Position numbers and translations under genes: made by a program. DNA of 64,000 bases from Minisyncoccia bacterium (GTDB taxonomy: Bacteria > Patescibacteriota > Minisyncoccia > Phycocordibacterales > UBA6065). The notes beneath the pieces are model-generated. The model had not been told where the DNA came from, ran no database searches, and worked only from the letters and a program-made list of their open reading frames with translations. The stretch lies in assembly GCA_044233485.1 (NCBI GenBank), contig JBIIJY010000004.1, forward strand, positions 16,022 through 80,021. Reading direction: 5' to 3'. This document shows, piece by piece, positions 27,438 to 35,952 of this stretch; positions within the stretch are counted from its first letter, which is position 1, and the number at the start of each line of letters is the position of its first letter.

Positions 27438-28454
27438 GTGAAGGCATATTTTTCTCCTAAGCTCGGAATTGATCTCGGTACGGCAAATACCCTTGTTTTT
27501 ATACCTGGAAAAGGAATTGTCTTGAATGAGCCTTCAGTGGTGGCTATTTCGATAGAAGATAACAAAATCCTCGCGGTGGGTCTTGAAGCAAAAGCGATGA
27601 TTGGTAAAACGCCAGACAATATCATGGCCTACAAGCCACTTCGTGATGGAGTGATTGCCGACTATCGCGTGACGGAAGCGATGCTTCGCTACTTCATCGA
27701 TAAGGCGCTCGGCAAGTGGAATATTTTTAAACCAGATGTACTCGTCTCAGTGCCTGCTGGTATTACTTCAACGGAACGTCGAGCGGTGGTGGAGGCGGCG
27801 ATCAAAGCTGGAGCAAAGAACGCATACATTATCAAAGAGCCGATCCTGGCAGCTCTCGGTGCGGGGATTCCGATCAATGAAGCGGTGGGTCATATGATTG
27901 TTGATATTGGTGGTGGAACGACCGACGTCGCGGTAATTTCGCTTGGTGGAATTGTCTCATCGGCCTCAGTGAAGTGTGCAGGGAATCGAATCGATAGTGC
28001 AATCATCGACTATGTAAAACGCACACACAATCTAGCGATCGGTGATCGTTCAGCGGAAGAAATAAAAATTCAAGTCGGTTCAGCAGTGAATGTGGAAGAA
28101 GAACTTTCCATGCATGTGAAAGGTCGTGATTTTGTGACTGGATTACCACGGTCGGTAGAAATAAAAACAAATGAGGTAGTCAAAGCGATAGGTCGTGAAC
28201 TTCGTGAGATGCTCAAAGCTATCAAGGACGTATTGCAAGAGACACCACCTGAACTCGCTTCAGATATCATCGACCAGGGAATCACTCTCACTGGCGGCTC
28301 AGCGCAATTGCGAAATCTTTCAGAGTTGATCCTTCGAAGAATTGGGGTGAAGGCAGCAGTTGCAAACGATGCACTTTTTTGTGTGGCGAAAGGTACCGGA
28401 GTTGCACTCGATCATCTCGATGTCTACAAAAAGGCAATAGTCGCGAAACGATAG
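27438..28454 (+). CDS. mreB: Rod shape-determining protein MreB (GTG start)
   Basis: It has actin-fold ATPase motifs (LGIDLGTANT, VDIGGGTTD, GGSAQL). Confidence 0.92.
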   Translation: MKAYFSPKLGIDLGTANTLVFIPGKGIVLNEPSVVAISIEDNKILAVGLEAKAMIGKTPDNIMAYKPLRDGVIADYRVTEAMLRYFIDKALGKWNIFKPDVLVSVPAGITSTERRAVVEAAIKAGAKNAYIIKEPILAALGAGIPINEAVGHMIVDIGGGTTDVAVISLGGIVSSASVKCAGNRIDSAIIDYVKRTHNLAIGDRSAEEIKIQVGSAVNVEEELSMHVKGRDFVTGLPRSVEIKTNEVVKAIGRELREMLKAIKDVLQETPPELASDIIDQGITLTGGSAQLRNLSELILRRIGVKAAVANDALFCVAKGTGVALDHLDVYKKAIVAKR

Positions 28455-28476
28455 CGAACTTGGTACACTCAAGAGT

Positions 28477-29121
28477 ATGTTTTCCCTCGATCATCACGCC
28501 TATGTGTATTCCAGCGGAGAGCGAGATGTGCTTCCTGTAGTTCTCGAGGCGATTCGCGAGGTGTACGGAATCGACACCACCGGAGCAAATCCAGATTTTA
28601 CCTACACTGATACGTATCAGTTCGACATTGAAGAAGCTCGGTCACTGGGTGAATGGTCACGACGCAAGCCGTTTGGGGAGCGGAAGGTTCACGTGATTCG
28701 CACGCAGGGGATTCTTCTCGAGGCACAGCATGCGCTACTGAAGACTCTCGAAGAGCCATCGCCGCAAACTCATTTCATTTTCATACTACCGAGTGCACAG
28801 TCACTTTTACCGACGGTCCGTTCCCGTGTGCAGGTGATTGGGAGTGATTCAGAATCCGCTCAGGCCAGTAACTTTCTCACTTTGTCTCTTGAGAAGCGTA
28901 AAAAAGTAATTGATGCACTCCTTGCTGGTCTTGAGGATGAAAAATTTGGGCGTGCTCAGGTGAGTCAGTTTTGCCTCGGCGTATTTAATGAACTCATGGC
29001 GCTCGGTCAGTCGGTAGAAGCGGCACGGATTGGAGAGCTGAGCGTCTCGCTCAATGAGCGAGGAGTCTCGGCAAAGTATATTTTGGAATATATTTTGTAC
29101 TTGCCGCAGCTAAGGGCTTAG
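28477..29121 (+). CDS. holB: DNA polymerase III delta'-like clamp-loader subunit, short form (214 aa) with degenerate P-loop
   Basis: LLKTLEEP plus the sensor-1/SRC-like TVRSRVQ are present. The N-terminal nucleotide-binding region lacks GxxGxGK. Confidence 0.55.
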   Translation: MFSLDHHAYVYSSGERDVLPVVLEAIREVYGIDTTGANPDFTYTDTYQFDIEEARSLGEWSRRKPFGERKVHVIRTQGILLEAQHALLKTLEEPSPQTHFIFILPSAQSLLPTVRSRVQVIGSDSESAQASNFLTLSLEKRKKVIDALLAGLEDEKFGRAQVSQFCLGVFNELMALGQSVEAARIGELSVSLNERGVSAKYILEYILYLPQLRA

Positions 29122-29147
29122 TTTTGGTTTGATATACTGATACGACT

Positions 29148-30281
29148 ATGTACCAAAATATGTACGACACTCGAACGTGGATCGAGATACACAATGATGC
29201 ACTCATTCGAAATTGTGAAGCAGTGCGAGCCTTTCTCCCACCTCATGTAAAACTCATGTCAGTAGTAAAGTCCAATGCCTACGGACATGATTTTCTCCAT
29301 GTTGCTCGGATTATTCAAGGAAGTGTTGATGCGTTTGGTGTGGACGATATCGACGAGGCGCTTGCCTTGCGTATGTATGCACATGTACAGAAGCCTATCC
29401 TCTGTCTCGGGTACACACTCACCACGCGACTCGTGGAGGCAGCGGAGCAAGATGTTTCGGTAATGCTTTCGTCACTGGATACCGCTGGAGTTTTGCGTCA
29501 CATGTCCTTTGCAAAGCCACTACGTGTACATATAGCGGTAGACACCGGACTGCATCGGCAGGGATTTTCGTGGGATCAGCGAGAGAAGCTTTTGGCACTC
29601 CTTATCGAGCTTGGGCAAAAGATACAGATCGAGGGACTCTACACGCACTTTGCAATCGCCGAAGAGCCGGGCCATCCATACAATGACCAACAGCTTGCAC
29701 TGTTTATGAAATGGAAAGATTTTTTCAAGAGTCATGGTTTTACACCGCTCTCACACACGGCAAGTACTGCCGCTCTGCTCGCTCACACTGAGGCACGTTT
29801 TGATATGGTGCGGATGGGGATTGGGACGTATGGACTCTGGCCGTCGACTCAGGTTCAAGCTCTTGTCGGAGGGCAGGTGCCGCTTGAACCGGTCTTGTCC
29901 TGGAAGGCACTCGTGAGTGAGGTGAAGGTTTTGAAGAAGGGTGACTATATCGGTTACGATCTCACTGAGCAAATGCCTCATGATGGGAAGACTGCCGTGA
30001 TTCCGGTAGGGTATTCCGACGGACTTCCACGCTCGCTTTCTTCACAGGGGGAAGTGCTTATCGGTGGATTCCGAGCGAAGATCATGGGGCGCATTTCCAT
30101 GGATGTCACGGTGGTCGATGTCAGTCATATCCCTGATGTAAAGCAGAATGATGTAGTGACATTCATTGGTCGTTCACGAGGGGATGAGATTACTGTTGAA
30201 GAGTTTGCTCGTAAGGCGGGGACGATAAACTATGAGGCTGTTACTCGAATCAATCCGTGGATTCGACGCGTCGGGAAATAG
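29148..30281 (+). CDS. alr: Alanine racemase
   Basis: VVKSNAYGHDF contains the PLP-Lys motif. The C-terminal beta domain is present. Confidence 0.9.
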   Translation: MYQNMYDTRTWIEIHNDALIRNCEAVRAFLPPHVKLMSVVKSNAYGHDFLHVARIIQGSVDAFGVDDIDEALALRMYAHVQKPILCLGYTLTTRLVEAAEQDVSVMLSSLDTAGVLRHMSFAKPLRVHIAVDTGLHRQGFSWDQREKLLALLIELGQKIQIEGLYTHFAIAEEPGHPYNDQQLALFMKWKDFFKSHGFTPLSHTASTAALLAHTEARFDMVRMGIGTYGLWPSTQVQALVGGQVPLEPVLSWKALVSEVKVLKKGDYIGYDLTEQMPHDGKTAVIPVGYSDGLPRSLSSQGEVLIGGFRAKIMGRISMDVTVVDVSHIPDVKQNDVVTFIGRSRGDEITVEEFARKAGTINYEAVTRINPWIRRVGK

Positions 30282-30338
30282 GGTGGGTTGCTTTTTGCCT
30301 AAAAATACAGTAAAGTAGTCCGTACATAACCCAAACCC

Positions 30339-30497
30339 ATGTCACAGGATTTTCTCATAAAATTAGTTAATAAAGAGACCGGCGAGATTTACTGGTCACG
30401 AAAGAATAAGAAGAAGCTTGCCGATAAAAAAATCGAGCTTAAGAAATATTCAAAAAAACTTCGTAAGCGAGTAGTCTTCAAGGAGGCAAAGAAATAG
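30339..30497 (+). CDS. rpmG: 50S ribosomal protein L33 (52 aa, non-zinc form; below the ORF-track cutoff)
   Basis: Hand translation gives MSQDFLIKLVNKETGEIYWSRKNKKKLADKKIELKKYSKKLRKRVVFKEAKK. It matches the L33 C-terminal pattern (..ELKKY.P..RKHV.FKE.K). It lies upstream of tRNA-Trp, as in many bacteria. Confidence 0.75.
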   Translation: MSQDFLIKLVNKETGEIYWSRKNKKKLADKKIELKKYSKKLRKRVVFKEAKK

Positions 30498-30507
30498 TCT
30501 CAAAACT

Positions 30508-30536
30508 AAAGCGCGGCGCCCGAAGGGCGCCGCGCT
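30508..30536 (+). terminator. GC-rich palindromic hairpin/terminator after rpmG (copy 2 of the repeated element)
   Basis: aaagcgcggcgccc-gaa-gggcgccgcgct. It matches 11431-11463 except for one loop base. Confidence 0.55.
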
Positions 30537-30574
30537 GTAGTTTCCCGGCATTGTTTGCTAGACTACGTTCACCA

Positions 30575-30649
30575 GGGCCTATAGTTTCAATGGTAAAACA
30601 TCGGTCTCCAAAACCGAGGTTCTCCGTTCGAGTCGGAGTGGGCCCGCCA
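30575..30649 (+). tRNA. trnW: tRNA-Trp (anticodon CCA), 3' CCA encoded
   Basis: Folded by hand. Acceptor is gggccta/tgggccc, D-stem gttt/aaac, anticodon stem tcggt/accga with loop ctCCAaa, T-stem ctccg/cggag with loop ttcgagt. Confidence 0.85.
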
Positions 30650-30745
30650 ACAAAGGTGCCTCAGCGGAGTGTCTCATTTAGGTGCGTCAAAAAACTGAAG
30701 TATAATTATTGTGTGAATAAATCAATTTCATATTTAATACCTGTA

Positions 30746-30949
30746 ATGGTACTTGCCACTGCTTACGGATTATCAGTCTTTGTAAATAATGAATTCATTC
30801 TATTTATAGGAATCTTAGTATTTTTTGTTTGGTCAAATAGGGTTGCTGCTAAGTTTAATGATAAAATCGTTAAGGTAACGACGTTAACTCTAATTATCGT
30901 AGTCGCAGTTTGGGTTGTTGGATTATTAATGTGGGGATCCTCGTTTTAA
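30746..30949 (+). CDS. Small two-TM membrane protein (67 aa), low GC; sits where secE usually lies
   Basis: MVLATAYGLSVFVNNEFILFIGILVFFVWSNRVAAKFNDKIVKVTTLTLIIVVAVWVVGLLMWGSSF. The upstream part of ORF-track entry 30551..30949 overlaps the tRNA and is rejected. Confidence 0.4.
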   Translation: MVLATAYGLSVFVNNEFILFIGILVFFVWSNRVAAKFNDKIVKVTTLTLIIVVAVWVVGLLMWGSSF

Positions 30950-31067
30950 GGGATGCATGTTATTTAACCCTGCTCAAGTGGGGTTGTGTTGAATATATTG
31001 GAATTCCTGGAATTGATCTGGCCGACCTCAGTCATCGACGGTTTTAGACCGACTCGACGCTAGAACC

Positions 31068-31925
31068 CTATCCTTGCCTGAGCCACTGAATACTTTTATT
31101 ACGTTTAAACCAAGTTCGTTGGCGCTTGGCATACTGCCAGATGGCCGCCCCGAGCTCCTCGATAAGCGCTTCTCGTGAGAGTTCGCCTTGTAGGAAGCGT
31201 GAGACAAAACGATACTCAAGCCCGAGTTCAAAAAGTCGCTCGTGAGTCACTCCGCTGGAGAGTAGTCTCTCTACTTCAGCGATCATTCCTTGATCAATTC
31301 GCCGTATAAGTCGCTCATGTATTTTCTTTCGATGAGTCTCTGGTTCCATGTCGAGGCCAATCCACTCCGCCTCAAACTCGGATTCAAGTGAGTTTTCTGG
31401 TACCGCTCCGAGGGTGTCGACTATTTCGAGCGCGCGAATGAGGCGAACTCTATTGTGTGGGTCGATAGTTTCTGCTCGGCGAGAATCCTTTTTTTCAAGA
31501 AGAGCAAAAAGTTCTGATGTAGACAGTGTAGTAAGCCTTGCTCGTAATAGAGGGTTGGCACCGACTGAGGGAAGGGGTTCCTTAGCGAGAAGGGTCTCGA
31601 TGTAGAATCCACTCCCGCCACAGATGATCACGTGTTTACCGCGTGCCCAAATATCTCGCATTGCTTCACGTCCTTTCTCCCGAAAAAGTTCAGCGCTGAA
31701 TTGCTCAGTCGGTAGGGCAACGTCGAGAAGGTGGTGGGGGATACCCTGCATCTCCTCGCGAGTGATTTTACCCGAACCGATATCAAGTCCGATATACACC
31801 TGTCTCGAATCAGCAGAAATAATCTCGCCATCGAGTTGTTTGGCGAGGGTTACCGCAAAGTCACTCTTGCCCGTAGCGGTCGGTCCGCAGACGATAGTGA
31901 GTTTTTTATCTCCGTTGGCGTTCAT
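31068..31925 (-). CDS. miaA: tRNA dimethylallyltransferase
   Basis: It has the P-loop IVCGPTATGKS, SADSRQVY and GIPHHLLD. The start is taken at MNANGDKK; the ORF-track start at 31937 is also possible. Confidence 0.9.
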   Translation of the reverse strand: MNANGDKKLTIVCGPTATGKSDFAVTLAKQLDGEIISADSRQVYIGLDIGSGKITREEMQGIPHHLLDVALPTEQFSAELFREKGREAMRDIWARGKHVIICGGSGFYIETLLAKEPLPSVGANPLLRARLTTLSTSELFALLEKKDSRRAETIDPHNRVRLIRALEIVDTLGAVPENSLESEFEAEWIGLDMEPETHRKKIHERLIRRIDQGMIAEVERLLSSGVTHERLFELGLEYRFVSRFLQGELSREALIEELGAAIWQYAKRQRTWFKRNKSIQWLRQG

Positions 31926-32006
31926 TAGTATTCTCATTGTGCATGTTTTTTTCTATAAATAAAGCCTCGAGATTTTTTCGGTTGTGTGGTACAGTCGTAG
32001 GAATAA

Positions 32007-32087
32007 GCCGGAGTGGCGGAATGGCAGACGCACGCGACTCAAAATCGCGCGGGGTAACCCGTGGGGGTTCAAGTCCCCCCTTCGGCA
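32007..32087 (+). tRNA. trnL: tRNA-Leu (anticodon CAA), CCA not encoded
   Basis: Folded by hand. Acceptor is gccggag/cttcggc with one G-U pair. The anticodon stem is cgcga/tcgcg with loop ctCAAaa. There is a 13-nt variable arm, and a T-arm of ggggg-ttcaagt-ccccc. Confidence 0.8.
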
Positions 32088-32236
32088 CAAACGTTAGTTT
32101 GTGGTGGACTTGAACGTTAGGTATAACCGTGAGATATTGACAAGTACTACTATCCATGCGATAATTCTTATCGCAAGACACTCTTGCGACTGGTTCGGCA
32201 GATTTCCGAAAGAACATTGTAAATATAGGAAAAACG

Positions 32237-32809
32237 ATGAGCACTATCATCGACGATCGGAGGAAGCAGGAGCTCAAAGCCCCTGCGGAACCCACCGAGA
32301 AGTTTGATCTGCTCGCGGATCTCGGCATCATCACGGTGCCAGATGACTACGACCACGCATTTTGGCTCGCCAAATTTCACGAGAAGCATCAAGGTGGAGA
32401 GAAAAAGTCTTTTTATGACTACGACAGATCGATCTCTGATCGAAACTTCTCGAATCCGACTCGGGTCCTGAAGCCTGGCGACAAGCTTCATGTTCGCGCG
32501 TTCAAGCAAGTCGTCGTCGGCACGACAACCTCGGAGGAGCGCATGGCATTCTTGGCAACTCAAAAGGCCATCCACACAGGTGCACAAGGTGCATCTCTCG
32601 TCTTCGATCAGAAGCGCGATCAACTGCCGAAAGGTAAGTGGTATGCTTCCCTCGATGAAAAGGATCGCCTCTGTGCAGCTGCCGACGACTACTACGTGGT
32701 GCCGCGCGTGCACTGCGGCTCGGTCGGTGGCTTCGGGTTTAGTCTTGTCGGCTTCGGGAGTGTCTCGGACACCAGCGATGCCTTCCTCTGCTTCAGCGAC
32801 ATCGAGTAG
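32237..32809 (+). CDS. Hypothetical protein (190 aa) in a locally high-GC segment
   Basis: The ORF uses GC3-rich codons (ctg, ggc, gac, gcc), unlike neighbouring genes. A long antisense ORF (32168..32713) is a typical high-GC artefact. No family was recognised. Confidence 0.55.
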   Translation: MSTIIDDRRKQELKAPAEPTEKFDLLADLGIITVPDDYDHAFWLAKFHEKHQGGEKKSFYDYDRSISDRNFSNPTRVLKPGDKLHVRAFKQVVVGTTTSEERMAFLATQKAIHTGAQGASLVFDQKRDQLPKGKWYASLDEKDRLCAAADDYYVVPRVHCGSVGGFGFSLVGFGSVSDTSDAFLCFSDIE

Positions 32810-32851
32810 TCCTTGGACACTCAGTTTGTTCTTCGGGTTCTAAGAACCTCT

Positions 32852-32886
32852 GAGCCCTTGCTTCACTGCGAGGGCTCGTTTTTTAT
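32852..32886 (+). terminator. Hairpin plus T-tract terminator
   Basis: gagccct-(12-nt loop)-agggctc followed by GTTTTTTAT. Confidence 0.5.
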
Positions 32887-32928
32887 ACCCACTTTCACGA
32901 TTAGTGAACTTTTGCATATAATAGAGAG

Positions 32929-34038
32929 ATGAATAATCAATTCGCAGACAATGCCATCTTTTGGATTGAGGTGGAAAAAATAAATCCAAACCCATACCAG
33001 CCACGAAAAGAATTTGATGAGACTGCACTTCGAGACCTCTCGGACTCGATCAAAATGTACGGCGTCCTCCAGCCACTGGTGGTCACTCGTCGAGAAGAAT
33101 ATCGTGACGATGGGGGAATGAACGTCACCTACGAGCTCATCTCGGGTGAACGTCGTTGGCGCGCCTCTCGTCTCGCCGGTCTCAAGACAGTGCCAGCCCT
33201 GATCCGACAAGGGACAGATGATGCTAAGCTCAAACTCGAACTGGCAATCATCGAAAACCTTCAGCGTGAGGATCTCAATGTCGTCGAGCGTGCGCGATCG
33301 TTCTACAAGCTCATTCATGAGTTTGGAATGAAGCAGTTTGAGGTAGCGCAGAAAGTCCAGAAATCACGTGAGTACGTAAACAACACTCTCCGTATCCTCG
33401 CTCTGCCAGAAGAAATTCTCACCGGTCTTTCACAGGGGAAAATTACCGAGGGGCATACTCGACCGCTCTTGATGCTCAGTGACCGGCCACAAGAACAACT
33501 CGTTTTGTTCAAAGAAATCGTCTACAAAAAAATCTCAGTGCGTGAAGCAGAAAAAATCGCTCGACGTATTGCAGTCGATCGAGTTAAGAAGAAAGAGCTC
33601 ATCGTTGCTCCGGAGATTATCGAGCTTGAGAAGACGATTATGGATTCGCTTGGCACACGGGTACACATCGAGAAAGACACGAAGGGTGGGAAAATTACTA
33701 TCGACTTCTTCTCTGATGAGGATTTGAAAATGATTACCGCACTTTTGAATACTGGTGAGAAGCGTGGCGCACAGCACATGCTTAACAAGTTCATTGAATC
33801 GCAAGCCCAGGCTACTCCAGCTGTGGCGACTGATCCTCATCCGCAAGTGGTGACCGACGTGCATCCGGTAGTCTCTGCGGATCCGCATCCAGCAGTCCTT
33901 GAATCAAAAGCCGACATCGCTCAGGCGGCAGTAGTAGAAGAAGCGGCTGCACCAGAAGATGATCGGGCGACCGAAGACAAGAAGAAAGAAGAAGAGTCGA
34001 CTGACGAGATCTATTCGATAAAAAACTTCAGTCTCTAA
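32929..34038 (+). CDS. parB: Chromosome partitioning protein ParB/Spo0J family, with C-terminal DPHP-repeat / acidic extension
   Basis: The ParB N-domain is present (INPNPYQPRKEFDETALRDLSDSIKMYGVLQPLVV..ISGERRWRAS), then an HTH. There are C-terminal repeats TDPHPQVV / TDVHPVV / ADPHPAV. No parA is adjacent. Confidence 0.85.
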   Translation: MNNQFADNAIFWIEVEKINPNPYQPRKEFDETALRDLSDSIKMYGVLQPLVVTRREEYRDDGGMNVTYELISGERRWRASRLAGLKTVPALIRQGTDDAKLKLELAIIENLQREDLNVVERARSFYKLIHEFGMKQFEVAQKVQKSREYVNNTLRILALPEEILTGLSQGKITEGHTRPLLMLSDRPQEQLVLFKEIVYKKISVREAEKIARRIAVDRVKKKELIVAPEIIELEKTIMDSLGTRVHIEKDTKGGKITIDFFSDEDLKMITALLNTGEKRGAQHMLNKFIESQAQATPAVATDPHPQVVTDVHPVVSADPHPAVLESKADIAQAAVVEEAAAPEDDRATEDKKKEEESTDEIYSIKNFSL

Positions 34039-34048
34039 GAAAGTGAAA

Positions 34049-34076
34049 AACAACTGCCACGAGCAGTTGTTTTTCA
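34049..34076 (+). terminator. Rho-independent terminator after parB
   Basis: An aacaactgc-cacga-gcagttgtt hairpin followed by TTTTC. Confidence 0.6.
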
Positions 34077-34086
34077 TTCCGAAGCG

Positions 34087-34285
34087 TTGTATTTACAAAA
34101 CGTCAAAAAATGATAGAGTGGGGTGGTAAGCCAAAGACAGTAGAGACCGCAAGGTTTAATGAGGAACTCCTTACTCTACCGAGGTGATATGTACAGTAAT
34201 GTGCATTCTTCTCAATTGACGCTTACTCGGGCGTCTTTTTTCATAAAGACACTCGAAGGAATTATCAGATTCAGAACCTTACATT
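34087..34285 (+). promoter_or_regulatory. rplJ upstream region: putative promoter (TG-a-TAGAGT at 34111-34119) and a structured L10 leader with a hairpin/T-tract (34219-34243)
   Basis: The -10-like TAGAGT with an upstream TG shares the motif seen at 3712 and 7333. The leader is about 165 nt and contains a gacgc-ttactcgg-gcgtc-tttttt attenuator-like hairpin. L10 leaders are known autoregulatory targets. Confidence 0.4.
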
Positions 34286-34780
34286 ATGGCAATCACAAAG
34301 GCTCGAAAACAAGAAATTGTTGCTGACGTGGTTACAGCATTGAAGGGCGCATCTACCGTTACGTTCGTAAGTTTCAAAGGACTTTCTGCAAACAACACAG
34401 TAAAGTTCCGAAAGCAGCTTACTGGAGGTAATGTCGGATACGTAGTAGCAAAGAAGTCTCTCATCAAACGAGCGCTTGCTGAAGTAGGTGTCACTGGCGA
34501 AATGCCAAAGATTCCTGCAGAAGTAGCGATCGCCTATGGTGCAGACAAAATTGCTCCCGCGCGTGAAGTCTTTGATTTTGCAAAAAAGAACAAAGACGGA
34601 GTCACGATGCTCGGTGGAATTTTCGATGGAAAATACGTCTCACAGGCTGAGATCATTTCTATCGCTTCTATTCCTCCAGTGGAAACTCTCCGCGGCCAGC
34701 TCGTCTATCTTCTCCAGTCACCAATTCAGCGTTTCGCGATGGTGCTCGATGCGATAGCAAAGGCAAAACCACAGCAGTAA
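34286..34780 (+). CDS. rplJ: 50S ribosomal protein L10
   Basis: The L10 family pattern is present. It is immediately followed by L7/L12. Confidence 0.9.
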   Translation: MAITKARKQEIVADVVTALKGASTVTFVSFKGLSANNTVKFRKQLTGGNVGYVVAKKSLIKRALAEVGVTGEMPKIPAEVAIAYGADKIAPAREVFDFAKKNKDGVTMLGGIFDGKYVSQAEIISIASIPPVETLRGQLVYLLQSPIQRFAMVLDAIAKAKPQQ

Positions 34781-34805
34781 TTACTTATTTAAATTTACAC
34801 ATACT

Positions 34806-35180
34806 ATGGAAACTCCAGCAAAATTCCAGGCAATTGTAGACTCGATCGAAAAAATGTCAGTGATCGATCTCAATGAGCTTGTAAAATTCCTCGAAGCTAA
34901 GTTCGGGGTAACTGCAGCCGCTATGGCAGTTGCAGCTCCAGCAGCCGGCGCAGCCGCAGGTGAAGAGAAGTCAGCATTTACTCTCCATCTCGCAGATGCA
35001 GGTGCAAACAAGATCGCGGTTATCAAGGTTGTTAAAGAAGCTTTGAATCTCGGTCTCGCAGAGGCGAAAGCCGCTGTTGACGGTGCTCCAAAGGCGCTCA
35101 AGGAAGGTCTTAAGAAAGACGAAGCAGATGCTCTCAAGAAGAAACTTGAGGAGGCAGGTGCTAAGGTTGAACTTAAATAG
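34806..35180 (+). CDS. rplL: 50S ribosomal protein L7/L12
   Basis: It has the N-terminal dimerisation helix, an Ala-rich hinge, and the C-terminal domain [28 protein letters not shown].. Confidence 0.95.
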   Translation: METPAKFQAIVDSIEKMSVIDLNELVKFLEAKFGVTAAAMAVAAPAAGAAAGEEKSAFTLHLADAGANKIAVIKVVKEALNLGLAEAKAAVDGAPKALKEGLKKDEADALKKKLEEAGAKVELK

Positions 35181-35193
35181 TCATCCCTTCTAC

Positions 35194-35225
35194 AAAAACC
35201 CACCTAACGGTGGGTTTTTGTTTTG
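35194..35225 (+). terminator. Rho-independent terminator after rplL
   Basis: A cccacc-taac-ggtggg hairpin followed by TTTTTGTTTTG. Confidence 0.7.
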
Positions 35226-35311
35226 GGAGAATTGCTAGGGTATGTGGTCTCGCCATATCTTCACTCTAATGCCAAGTACAAAACCACTCCGATTCCAGTA
35301 CAATTCACTGC

Positions 35312-35932
35312 ATGGAGAAACTCGTAAAAATCTTTGGCTCAGACTTACGGATCAAATTACTGAAACTCTTTATTTTTAACCCAGAGAAAGTGTTTGACGG
35401 TGAGATGATTATTGACCGCGTACAGGTAAAGAAACCGCTCGTCGCAAAAGAGCTCAAGAATCTGCTTTCAATTGGCTTTATCAAAGAAAAGCAGTTCATG
35501 AAGGAGGTGAATGAGACGAAGCGTGACGGCTCGGTGATCGCCACCAAAAAGCGCACTGATGGGTATGGGGCGAATCCATCTTTTGCGTATTTTCAAAACC
35601 TCGCGCAGTTTTTTGTTGATGTGAGTCCGCTCAATGACGAAGAGATTCGTCGTCGCGTAGAACTCGTCGGACGAGTAAAGCTTCTCATTGTTGCGGGAAT
35701 TTTTACCCAGAATCAAGACAGTATCGTCGATCTCTTTGTCGTTGCTGATGCGATCAAGAAGCAAAAGCTCGATAAGTTTGTGAAGTCTATCGAGGCTGAT
35801 ACTGGTCGAGAGATCCGCTATACAATCATGGATAGTGAAGAGTTTCGTGAGCGACAGACTATGTACGATCGACTCGTCCGTGACGTGCTCGATTTCCCGC
35901 ACAAGAAGCTTGTTAATAAGATAGGGGCGTAG
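35312..35932 (+). CDS. Hypothetical protein (206 aa), possible N-terminal winged-helix domain
   Basis: The N-terminal ~60 aa have a helix-turn-helix-like pattern (LRIKLLKLFIFNPEKVFDGEMIIDRVQVKKPLVAKELKNLLSIGFIKEK). No confident family call. Confidence 0.45.
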   Translation: MEKLVKIFGSDLRIKLLKLFIFNPEKVFDGEMIIDRVQVKKPLVAKELKNLLSIGFIKEKQFMKEVNETKRDGSVIATKKRTDGYGANPSFAYFQNLAQFFVDVSPLNDEEIRRRVELVGRVKLLIVAGIFTQNQDSIVDLFVVADAIKKQKLDKFVKSIEADTGREIRYTIMDSEEFRERQTMYDRLVRDVLDFPHKKLVNKIGA

Positions 35933-35952
35933 TCTGGTACAATAAAAGTACT

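Noticed and set aside
30551-30745. Upstream portion of ORF 30551..30949 (MFARLRSPGP...)
   Set aside because: It overlaps tRNA-Trp (30575-30649). Only the downstream 67-aa hydrophobic part from the ATG at 30746 is kept.
32168-32713. 181-aa minus-strand ORF overlapping the GC-rich island gene
   Set aside because: High-GC segments generate long antisense ORFs. The plus-strand frame is longer and follows the co-directional gene organisation.
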